This document shows positions 60,801 through 64,000 of a DNA stretch of 64,000 nucleotides, in pieces; position 1 is the first letter of the stretch, and each line of letters starts with the position of its first letter. The notes under the pieces were generated by a model that saw nothing but the letters and a program-made list of their open reading frames with translations, ran no database searches and had not been told where the DNA came from. Source of the stretch: Ginglymostoma cirratum (taxonomy: Eukaryota). Where the stretch lies: positions 36,420,672 through 36,484,671 of the forward strand of contig JAHRHZ010000144.1 in NCBI GenBank assembly GCA_024137785.1, written 5' to 3'. Both the position numbers and the translations under genes were made by a program.

Positions 60801-63700
60801 GTCCTTAAAGGAAGAAATCAGAAAATGCCAAGAAGACTTGAACCACTTTAAACAGCCTGAACATCAAGATCAGTCAATGGCTAAACAAACTTGACTGCTG
60901 TGCATCACGATATACAAATTCTGGATCAGCAATTGCAGTCCATCAAAGAAAAAGTTGACAACAATACACATGATCACTGATGATTATGACAATTGACGAC
61001 ACCTCCAGGCAATGTCACTATCACTAGATCAGGTCATAGCCTCAAATTATCTATACTTTATAGATATTCATAGGCCTACTTATCATTTTAAATAGTTGTA
61101 CCTTCTTTTGGAAGGGAGAGGAATGTTGTACTGTATCTGGCCTTTAAGGACTCCATGTGCTGTTTGTATGCAATGGTGCAACTCTGACTGGCAGGTGGTC
61201 ATTTTGGGCTTGTAAGCTGCAAACCAGAAATTAGTTGGTTGCTGTAAATTCCTCTTCGTACCTTTATTGTTTTAACTATCCCATGGGATTGAACAATCCC
61301 TGATGAGCAGTTGCTTATTAACCCAATATCTTTTAATGTAACAATCACCAGCACTTTCACTTGTCCCTAAATTTGGATCCCCTTCAAGGGTAATCACAGA
61401 AGAATTAGGTTATATAACTTGAAATGCATCATACTTCATTTCCATGACAACATTTGGCAATATACATGATACCACAGCAGCTAAGGACTTATTCCACCAT
61501 TCTACCAAAGTAGGAATCCCAGGGCAATGTAAAAGGGACAGCAATTTGACTTAGTAGTTTTCTTGCTGCCATCTCTGTTGCTCAGATTTGACAAATGTTT
61601 TTGCCTTTTCTGCCGTTTCTTCATAGGTAAAGGACAAAGAAATCCGAGGGATGAAGTTTGTTGTACCAGGACTGCAGGAAGGAGGACTCTATAGATTTAG
61701 AGTAAGGGCAGTAAATGCTGCTGGAGTTGGTGAACCAGGAGAGGTGTCTGATGCAATTGAAGTCAAGGATAGGACAGGTAAGAATGTGAAGACCTCTGTT
61801 ACATTTCTCTTGCGTTATTTTTGGAATAATACTTAACTGATAAAAATGTATTTATTTTTTAATTCTAGTTGTTCCAGACATTAACTTGGATGCCAGTGTG
61901 AGAGACAGAATTGTGGTGCATGCTGGTGGTGTCATTCGTATCTTGGCATATGTGTCAGGTAAACCACCTCCAGAGATCACATGGGAGAGAGCTGATAAGC
62001 CAATACCACCAGAAGCTGCAATTGAAACTACAGCTATCAGTTCTGCTCTTGTGATTAAAAATTGTCAGAGAAAGCATCAAGGTGTGTACAATCTCGTTGC
62101 GAAAAATGTAGGAGGTGAAAGAAGAAAGACAATTGTTGTTGAGGTTTTAGGTAAATATTCTTATTTCTTGGTTTTAATATTAGTACAATTTATTTTTCTT
62201 AAGTATTTGAATAAAATGATTTTTTTTTAATATCATAGATGTTCCTGGGCCAGTTGGTGAACCTTTCCGCTGTGAAAATCTGACCAGCGATTCGTGCAAA
62301 TTAACTTGGTTCCTTCCAGACGATGATGGCGGATCTGCTGTTACCAATTATATCATTGAAAAGCGCGAAGCTGAACGTCGAGGCTGGTCCCCTGTTTCGT
62401 ACACAGTTACAAGGCAGAATGCTGTTGTTCAGGATCTAATTCAAGGAAATGTTTATTTCTTTAGAATTGCAGCTGAAAATATCATAGGCATGGGTCCATG
62501 GGTGCAGACAACAAAAGAAATCACAGTTAAAGAACCAATCTGTAAGTGATCCTTCTGTTTACACTTTTTTCCAATCTTTAAGTATTAAATAAATCAACAG
62601 TAACCACTGAATATATTTTAAAAAATGCATTTTCCTGACTTGCAGCTGTCCCTGAACGCCCTGAAGACCTTGAAGTAACAGCAGTCACAAAGCAATCAGT
62701 TAGCTTGAAATGGAATCCTCCTAAGTACGATGGTGGATCAGACATTACAAAGTACATTCTTGAGGCCCGTCTTATTGGCAAAGAAAAGTTCGTCAAACTT
62801 ACTAAAGAGAAATTGTTAGATCGGACTTTCAAACATAGTGGGTTAAAGGAAGGTGACACTTACGAGTACCGAGTCAGTGCGGTGAATGAAGTTGGACAAG
62901 GCAAACCATCATTCTGCACAAAACCAATAACATGCAAGGATCAACTTGGTAAGCCAGCTTTCAGAATTCTTTTAAGAAAAATCCTGTTTCCTCTCCAGAA
63001 AGACAATAACAAAGTATTATTATCTTTAGAACCACCAACACTTGACCTGGATTTCCGCGACAAGTTGGTTGTGCGTGTGGGTGAATCTTTCAACCTGACT
63101 GGAAAATATAAAGGGAAACCTACTCCAAAGGTTTCTTGGCTTAAAGATGACGAGGCAGTTGAAGAAACTAATCGCCTCAAGATAAACACTACGCCATCAA
63201 AACTGAGTTTGGCAATTATGAAAGGTGTCCGTGGAGACTCAGGCAAATATTGTGTGGTGGTGGAGAACAACACAGGCGTACGTAAGGGTCTCTGTCAAGT
63301 GACTGTTGTTGGTAAGTTAGTTATTCACATCCTTTTTCAGTTTAAAGTATTGTAATATTGAAGTAGCAAACAGGATTCAGACTTTTTTTTTCTCATTCAG
63401 ATCGTCCACAGCCTCCAGTTGGCCCGGTTTTGTTCAATGAAATTCACAGAGATCACATGGTGATTTCTTGGAAACCCCCACTTGATGATGGAGGCAGTGT
63501 GATCACTAATTACATTGTTGAGAAAAGAGATGCACACCGAGAACTTTGGATGCCTGTTACTTCTTCAGTCACTAAAACAACGTGCAAGGTTCCGAAACTA
63601 ATTGAGGGCAAAGAGTATATTATCCGTATCTATGCTGAAAACATGTATGGAATCAGTGATGCCTTGCTTTCGGAAGAAATGAAAGCCAAAGATCGTTTCA
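824..63700 (+). CDS. TTN: Titin (connectin), partial multi-exon gene: distal PEVK, distal I-band Ig, I/A junction, A-band D-zone
   Basis: Exons join in frame and give PEVK repeats, I-set Ig domains and Fn3 domains (PGPP..W.PP.DGGS.I..Y..E) in titin order. Peptides such as QLKAVPLKFVKE, the I91 domain and GRPGPPVGPIKF match vertebrate titin as recalled. Confidence 0.98.
1898..1981 (+). CDS. TTN: PEVK exon (84 nt)
   Basis: aag|TGCCTGAG..GAAG|gtaag; VPEIPMKPVPEAEPVTVLRKVEKPAPEE. Confidence 0.9.
3068..3151 (+). CDS. TTN: Divergent PEVK exon (84 nt)
   Basis: gaag|TGCTTC..AAAAG|gtacag; VLHVDKRTQPAPIPVSRKVLITPEKDRK; same length and phase as its neighbours. Confidence 0.75.
3350..3840 (-). mobile_element. 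Degenerate CR1-like LINE 3' fragment
   Basis: Resembles the reverse complement of the CR1 3' ends at 21470 and 37400; boundaries approximate. Confidence 0.55.
3701..3782. repeat. Exact 2 x 41-bp tandem duplication
   Basis: tatcagatctctcctaaactttattctatcaaggagagcaa occurs at 3701-3741 and 3742-3782. Confidence 0.92.
4192..4275 (+). CDS. TTN: PEVK exon (84 nt)
   Basis: taag|TCCCTGAG..TAAAG|gtata; VPEVMKSYIYEEITEVPYEEKSKISSLK. Confidence 0.82.
5370..6060 (+). mobile_element. Degenerate CR1-like LINE 3' fragment
   Basis: Broken RT C-terminal motif (aaaactaaaggacataag, the KTRGHK-type motif) and 3' tail; boundaries approximate. Confidence 0.55.
6170..6253 (+). CDS. TTN: PEVK exon (84 nt)
   Basis: aaag|TGCCTAAG..AAAAG|gtacag; VPKVAKKRVPEKVVPITFAESKEVSPVK. 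Confidence 0.88.
6610..7062 (+). CDS. TTN: Glu-rich PEVK exon (453 nt)
   Basis: gaag|CTTTCAAG..GAAAG|gtatag; phase 1-1; contains ORF 6690-7079; the acceptor is less certain than the donor. Confidence 0.8.
7258..7349 (-). mobile_element. Short interspersed repeat (Penelope-derived-like)
   Basis: Reverse complement is nearly identical to 63833-63921. Confidence 0.7.
7967..8050 (+). CDS. TTN: PEVK exon (84 nt)
   Basis: taag|TGACTACT..GGAAG|gtatac; VTTYVEKIEPKGDVLVTAPVKQDLEAEE. Confidence 0.8.
8848..8922 (+). CDS. TTN: PEVK exon (75 nt)
   Basis: aaag|TGCCTGAA..AAAAG|gtacat; VPEEEEVPVTTVPISAPGPVKKPVK. Confidence 0.87.
9344..11626 (+). CDS. TTN: Giant PEVK-composition exon (2283 nt, 761 codons)
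   Basis: tag|CTGCAGAA..CGAG|gtgaga; phase 1-1; contains ORF 9367-11658, rich in K/E/V/P. Confidence 0.85.
10732..11370 (+). repeat. Coding tandem repeat, about four units of 147-159 nt
   Basis: LK.GKGKVPV..KIPSKE..VEEK.QK.PVKK.LTP.D units start at 10732, 10891, 11047, 11206 and 11353. Confidence 0.92.
12258..12308 (+). CDS. TTN: Last small PEVK exon (51 nt)
   Basis: cag|ATGCTAAG..GAGAG|gtgaga; DAKVPTDEAGKGRGILR resembles human EAKAPKEEAAKPKGPIK (recalled). Confidence 0.8.
13310..13705 (+). CDS. TTN: End of PEVK + Ig I84
   Basis: ARKTPSP..QLKAVPLKFVKELKD..TAKLIVE; AG/GT boundaries. Confidence 0.93.
13948..14217 (+). CDS. TTN: Ig I85 exon
   Basis: EVPVAFYKTL..KVNVQ; AG/GT boundaries (tandem tag/aag acceptor). 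Confidence 0.9.
14308..14583 (+). CDS. TTN: Ig I86 exon
   Basis: EIVRKWFVKP..ANLIVD; AG/GT boundaries. Confidence 0.92.
15137..15273 (+). CDS. TTN: Ig I87 N-half exon
   Basis: EREIDIL..WKLKGEILRPSP; AG/GT boundaries. Confidence 0.9.
15383..15509 (+). CDS. TTN: Ig I87 C-half exon
   Basis: TCEMKAEG..YLRVK; AG/GT boundaries. Confidence 0.9.
15636..15902 (+). CDS. TTN: Ig I88 exon
   Basis: EIELDFVTPLKD..KLTVT; 267 nt. Confidence 0.93.
16392..16658 (+). CDS. TTN: Ig I89 exon
   Basis: GMRLKFITPLKD..YLNVI; 267 nt. Confidence 0.93.
16730..17580 (-). mobile_element. CR1-like LINE 3' fragment
   Basis: ORF 16827-17171(-) reads LERRRLRGDLVEIF..TRGCRFKV..FFTQQVVRVWNAL, the CR1 ORF2 C-terminus. Confidence 0.85.
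18327..18590 (+). CDS. TTN: Ig I90 exon
   Basis: EADPYFTVKLQD..LNIE; 264 nt. Confidence 0.93.
18692..18831 (+). CDS. TTN: Ig I91 (I27) N-half exon
   Basis: ARIIKVLRPLHNVEIFEGENAHFEVEISEDDVHPQWKLKGEALLLSP, recognisable I27 homologue. Confidence 0.92.
19071..19197 (+). CDS. TTN: Ig I91 (I27) C-half exon
   Basis: QCEIVEDGKKHILTLYNCKLSDSGEVSFQAANAKCAANLKVK. Confidence 0.93.
19405..19671 (+). CDS. TTN: Ig I92 exon (GC donor)
   Basis: EIPLTFIVPL..KLIIQ; ends CAAG|gcaagt. Confidence 0.9.
19774..20040 (+). CDS. TTN: Ig I93 exon
   Basis: GIRLEFTKPL..KLTVL; 267 nt. Confidence 0.93.
20151..20417 (+). CDS. TTN: Ig I94 exon
   Basis: EGDPYFISKLQD..KLNIE; 267 nt. Confidence 0.93.
20589..20728 (+). CDS. 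TTN: Ig I95 N-half exon
   Basis: ERDIKILRPL..LHPSP; 140 nt. Confidence 0.92.
20844..20970 (+). CDS. TTN: Ig I95 C-half exon
   Basis: DVEIKKEG..HLRVK; 127 nt. Confidence 0.92.
21050..21395 (+). mobile_element. tRNA-headed SINE with Deu-type core (SacSINE1-like)
   Basis: A/B-box-like head (tggcttagtgg..), core ctttagggaaggc..ccttacctggtctgg, tail ataaatgctggcctagccag; further copies at 41730 and 42030. Confidence 0.65.
21470..21742 (+). mobile_element. CR1-like LINE 3' fragment
   Basis: ORF 21385-21795 reads IEVYKIMKGIDRV..KTRGHWFKL..FFTQRVVRVWNKLP. Confidence 0.88.
21917..22059 (+). CDS. TTN: Ig I96 N-half exon
   Basis: PRVIGLLRPLKD..LEPSER; phase-0 donor gtacgt. Confidence 0.92.
22500..22598 (+). 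promoter_or_regulatory. Candidate internal (Cronos-type) promoter and 5'UTR
   Basis: TATAAAA at 22514-22520, about 80 nt upstream of an ATG in strong Kozak context; A/T-rich near-MEF2 element around 22362-22374. Confidence 0.6.
22599..22628 (+). CDS. TTN: Candidate Cronos-type alternative first coding exon (MANIHELHMN)
   Basis: gcaaaacATGG Kozak context, 10 open codons, then AAT|gtgagt phase-0 donor, in frame with the phase-0 exon at 23060. Confidence 0.72.
23060..23183 (+). CDS. TTN: Ig I96 C-half exon
   Basis: VVTRSEGRVHTFTL..KLIVK; 124 nt. Confidence 0.92.
23293..23559 (+). CDS. TTN: Ig I97 exon
   Basis: EPPVEFTKPLEDQ..FLTVE; 267 nt. Confidence 0.93.
23681..23778 (+). CDS. TTN: Ig I98 N-part exon
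   Basis: PPRVEFIKPL..SRENAK; AG/GT boundaries. Confidence 0.9.
24395..25857. repeat. Inverted-repeat pair with ~138-bp arms
   Basis: 24395-24532 is a near-perfect reverse complement of 25720-25857. Confidence 0.85.
26525..26830 (-). mobile_element. LINE/SINE 3'-tail fragment
   Basis: Reverse complement matches the tail at 55700-56010 and the SINE tails in this window. Confidence 0.65.
27155..27323 (+). CDS. TTN: Ig I98 C-part exon
   Basis: VRWFKDG..LLTVL. Confidence 0.92.
27415..27681 (+). CDS. TTN: Ig I99 exon
   Basis: EEDAFFTKNL..LQVH; 267 nt. Confidence 0.93.
27774..28040 (+). CDS. TTN: Ig I100 exon
   Basis: ELAPEFISRPQ..LTVI; 267 nt. Confidence 0.93.
29560..29760. mobile_element. Fold-back (palindromic) short element
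   Basis: 29588-29640 and 29706-29757 form ~52-bp inverted repeats. Confidence 0.8.
30022..30300 (+). CDS. TTN: Ig I101 exon
   Basis: ERLRIITPIKD..LQIE. Confidence 0.93.
30394..30802 (+). CDS. TTN: Ig I102 + N-half of I103
   Basis: EEELKIIEPL..RELRENK; phase-2 donor gtatgt. Confidence 0.92.
30902..31026 (+). CDS. TTN: Ig I103 C-half exon (GC donor)
   Basis: YQFEKDGSLHRL..RLFVE; ends GAAG|gcaagt. Confidence 0.88.
31115..31381 (+). CDS. TTN: Ig I104 exon
   Basis: EIPVEIIRPP..KLELA; 267 nt. Confidence 0.92.
31492..31779 (+). CDS. TTN: Ig I105 exon
   Basis: AVPVIQVTD..INLDVI. Confidence 0.92.
31893..32192 (+). CDS. TTN: Fn3 I106 exon (first Fn3 domain)
   Basis: DVPGPVQNL..AKNKF. Confidence 0.93.
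32294..32596 (+). CDS. TTN: Fn3 I107 exon
   Basis: DVPDAPLNV..MDPI. Confidence 0.92.
32685..32872 (+). CDS. TTN: Fn3 I108 N-part exon
   Basis: KPSPPIEF..ETTFK. Confidence 0.9.
33794..33908 (+). CDS. TTN: Fn3 I108 C-part exon
   Basis: VTGLKKG..ADDPH. Confidence 0.9.
34023..34307 (+). CDS. TTN: Ig I109 exon
   Basis: VAPTFDL..IDVNVI. Confidence 0.92.
34601..34752 (+). CDS. TTN: Fn3 I110 N-part exon
   Basis: RPSAPNDF..KTWTK. Confidence 0.9.
35683..35830 (+). CDS. TTN: Fn3 I110 C-part exon
   Basis: VIDRLQDLEF..VSAPA. Confidence 0.9.
36472..36805 (+). mobile_element. tRNA-derived V-SINE (HE1-like)
   Basis: A box tggctcagtgg, B box gggttcaatccc, V-domain tgtgtagagtttgca..gctaaattgccc, CR1-type tail. 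Confidence 0.8.
36815..37785 (+). mobile_element. CR1/HER1-like LINE 3' fragment (decayed RT)
   Basis: FVIYINDLD..FADD-like motif, then RPLLEY..QFWSP..RVQKRFT..KTRGHRFKV..FTQRVV, with stops and frameshifts. Confidence 0.9.
37900..38077 (+). CDS. TTN: Fn3 I111 N-part exon
   Basis: VPDPPENV..PVNEL. Confidence 0.9.
38158..38279 (+). CDS. TTN: Fn3 I111 C-part exon
   Basis: FEVKNLNEG..IDPK. Confidence 0.9.
38759..39046 (+). CDS. TTN: Ig I112 exon
   Basis: EAPEIHLDV..EVNIL. Confidence 0.93.
39131..39427 (+). CDS. TTN: Fn3 I113 exon
   Basis: DKPGPPAAF..KYAF. Confidence 0.93.
39539..39725 (+). CDS. TTN: Fn3 I114 N-part exon
   Basis: DPPGPPTRL..DTNF. Confidence 0.92.
41730..42190. mobile_element. 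Two Deu-type SINE fragments in opposite orientation
   Basis: 41730-42000 (+) and 42030-42190 (-) both match 21170-21390. Confidence 0.7.
42707..42822 (+). CDS. TTN: Fn3 I114 C-part exon
   Basis: VKGLTPKKKY..KDPI. Confidence 0.92.
43032..43331 (+). CDS. TTN: Fn3 I115 exon
   Basis: DPPWPPGKP..KDRL. Confidence 0.93.
43448..43747 (+). CDS. TTN: Fn3 I116 exon
   Basis: PPSPPRWL..KDTF. Confidence 0.93.
43848..43953 (+). CDS. TTN: Fn3 I117 N-part exon
   Basis: TPGPPYAL..GRPIQ. Confidence 0.9.
44052..44248 (+). CDS. TTN: Fn3 I117 C-part exon
   Basis: YVIEKKEKLG..EDPT. Confidence 0.92.
44347..44652 (+). CDS. TTN: Fn3 I118 exon
   Basis: PPSPPLEL..AKDSD. Confidence 0.93.
44758..45036 (+). CDS. TTN: Ig A1 exon (start of D-zone super-repeat 1)
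   Basis: NPSIEVQ..NVKVI. Confidence 0.92.
45142..45441 (+). CDS. TTN: Fn3 A2 exon
   Basis: LPGQCKDI..EDPK. Confidence 0.93.
45546..45848 (+). CDS. TTN: Fn3 A3 exon
   Basis: RPDPPVDL..VDPI. Confidence 0.93.
46020..46394 (+). CDS. TTN: Ig A4 exon (with long basic loop)
   Basis: DPPKVIL..DVNVL. Confidence 0.93.
46445..49780 (-). mobile_element. Nested CR1-like LINE fragments
   Basis: Minus-strand ORF remnants RRVRGKL.., RRNFFSQRVLNLWNSL, QGSVL..LF.LY.KDLD. A younger copy (about 47535-49430) interrupts an older one. Confidence 0.85.
47288..47442 (-). mobile_element. Short element nested in CR1, with 11-bp target-site duplication
   Basis: tacaaccttct at 47277-47287 and 47443-47453; related to the 7258 and 63833 repeats. 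Confidence 0.75.
49994..50296 (+). CDS. TTN: Fn3 A5 exon
   Basis: DTPGPPVNF..KDPF. Confidence 0.93.
50504..50803 (+). CDS. TTN: Fn3 A6 exon
   Basis: DPPEAPDKP..RDPI. Confidence 0.93.
50910..51206 (+). CDS. TTN: Fn3 A7 exon
   Basis: PPGPPIPSV..MDPR. Confidence 0.93.
51297..51581 (+). CDS. TTN: Ig A8 exon
   Basis: EPPVVEFH..RVDIV. Confidence 0.93.
51683..51976 (+). CDS. TTN: Fn3 A9 exon
   Basis: DVPGPILDL..VDPL. Confidence 0.93.
52062..52361 (+). CDS. TTN: Fn3 A10 exon
   Basis: GPPTSPEK..QDDE. Confidence 0.93.
52493..52801 (+). CDS. TTN: Ig A11 exon
   Basis: VPPIVRL..DVNVL. Confidence 0.93.
52929..53119 (+). CDS. TTN: Fn3 A12 N-part exon
   Basis: DKPSPPRNV..RRYG. Confidence 0.91.
53224..53653 (+). 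CDS. TTN: Fn3 A12 C-part + Fn3 A13 exon
   Basis: VWKLTTDG..ASDPK. Confidence 0.92.
53745..53788 (-). ncRNA. Minimal hammerhead ribozyme motif
   Basis: Minus strand reads ctgca-CTGAGGA-tgttacc-aagcac-ggtaac-GAAA-gg-TC-tgcag. Confidence 0.7.
54434..54476 (+). ncRNA. Minimal hammerhead ribozyme motif
   Basis: ctgca-CTGAGGA-tgttacc-cagcat-ggtggc-GAAA-ca-TC-tgcgg. Confidence 0.7.
54783..55091 (+). CDS. TTN: Fn3 A14 exon
   Basis: PPSAPSCPEV..KEIL. Confidence 0.92.
55179..55327 (+). CDS. TTN: Ig A15 N-part exon
   Basis: EPAVTLEV..KTVLK. Confidence 0.9.
55420..56010 (+). mobile_element. Degenerate LINE 3' fragment
   Basis: Ends in the tail aataaatgctggcctagccag shared with the SINEs; boundaries approximate. 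Confidence 0.6.
56167..56199 (+). CDS. TTN: 33-nt microexon within Ig A15 (DEVHKLPADAK)
   Basis: tag|GATGAA..GCCAAG|gtaata; phase 0-0; resembles human DGVHDIPEDAQ (recalled). Confidence 0.85.
56313..56442 (+). CDS. TTN: Ig A15 C-part exon
   Basis: VEGTETK..RVNVL. Confidence 0.9.
56534..56833 (+). CDS. TTN: Fn3 A16 exon
   Basis: DMPGPPKDL..RDPI. Confidence 0.93.
56937..57254 (+). CDS. TTN: Fn3 A17 exon
   Basis: PPEPPTKL..KDQT. Confidence 0.93.
57354..57650 (+). CDS. TTN: Ig A18 exon
   Basis: PPEIDLKE..RLNVL. Confidence 0.93.
57777..58076 (+). CDS. TTN: Fn3 A19 exon
   Basis: RPGPPVGPIKF..RNLF. Confidence 0.93.
58452..58766 (+). CDS. TTN: Fn3 A20 exon
   Basis: VPGACDKP..RDPI. Confidence 0.93.
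59107..59255 (+). CDS. TTN: Fn3 A21 N-part exon
   Basis: PPGPPFPKV..EWEK. Confidence 0.92.
59594..61343 (+). mobile_element. Decayed, internally deleted LTR retroelement
   Basis: Diverged TG..CA direct repeats at 59594-59847 and 61124-61343; TGG primer-binding-site-like start at 59848; purine tract ggaagggagaggaa at 61110-61123. Confidence 0.7.
61627..61777 (+). CDS. TTN: Fn3 A21 C-part exon
   Basis: VKDKEIRG..KDRT. Confidence 0.92.
61869..62150 (+). CDS. TTN: Ig A22 exon
   Basis: VPDINLDASV..VEVL. Confidence 0.93.
62239..62541 (+). CDS. TTN: Fn3 A23 exon
   Basis: DVPGPVGEP..KEPI. Confidence 0.93.
62646..62948 (+). CDS. TTN: Fn3 A24 exon
   Basis: VPERPEDL..KDQL. Confidence 0.93.
63030..63311 (+). 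CDS. TTN: Ig A25 exon
   Basis: EPPTLDLDF..QVTVV. Confidence 0.93.
63401..63700 (+). CDS. TTN: Fn3 A26 exon
   Basis: DRPQPPVGP..KDRF. Confidence 0.93.
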
Positions 63701-63832
63701 GTGAGTATCGAACTTTGGATTTCTTGCATTAATATATTATGAAAAATACAAACAAAAACTGAGGAGCAAATTTAAAATTTAGCTTTTTATCCTAGTCATT
63801 TTCATCTAAAACAAGATAGATTCTTGATTACA

Positions 63833-63926
63833 GAAGGGTCTAGGCCCGAAACGTCAAGCTTTCCTGCTCCTATGATGCTGCTTGGCCTGCTGTGTTCATC
63901 CAGCCCCACAGCTTGTTATCTTAGAA
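63833..63926 (+). mobile_element. Short element with 11-bp target-site duplication
   Basis: tcttgattaca at 63822-63832 and 63927-63937; the insert begins gaagggtctaggcccgaaacgtc. Confidence 0.8.
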
Positions 63927-64000
63927 TCTTGATTACATATATTTTACAGTTTTGGGATTAAACATAATTGTACTTGGTGTACTCAACAAAGGTTAAGCTT

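Noticed and set aside
16389-61632. Exons beginning with GT directly after AG (16392, 30902, 35683, 44052, 44758, 53224, 61627) as recursive splice sites
   Set aside because: AG|GT is a favoured acceptor context and the bases are fixed by conserved codons; the sequence alone gives no support.

Overview
This is eukaryotic (vertebrate) DNA. The whole window lies inside one + strand multi-exon gene, titin (TTN); neither the start nor the stop of the full-length gene is present. About 75 exons can be read from splice signals and protein motifs. They cover the end of the PEVK region (824-12308), the distal tandem Ig segment I84-I105 including the I91/I27 homologue (13310-31779), the Fn3-rich I/A junction I106-I118 (31893-44652) and the first A-band D-zone 7-domain super-repeats A1-A26 (44758-63700). 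Domain numbers were assigned by counting from the recognised I91 domain against the human layout as I recall it. The intronic repeats (CR1/HER1-like LINEs, HE1-like and Deu-type SINEs, Penelope-like elements) suggest a cartilaginous fish such as a shark; this is an inference. The main candidates for follow-up are: (1) an internal TATA promoter with a coding first exon (MANIHELHMN) in the intron that splits I96, i.e. a Cronos-type titin isoform; (2) a 2.28-kb PEVK exon with 52-53-aa repeats and a Trp-acidic tail; (3) stop-containing cryptic exons in a splicing-motif-rich intron at the PEVK/Ig border; (4) a palindromic Penelope insertion with a hammerhead ribozyme motif on each strand, next to a splice donor. 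Exon boundaries were read by eye and have no transcript support.
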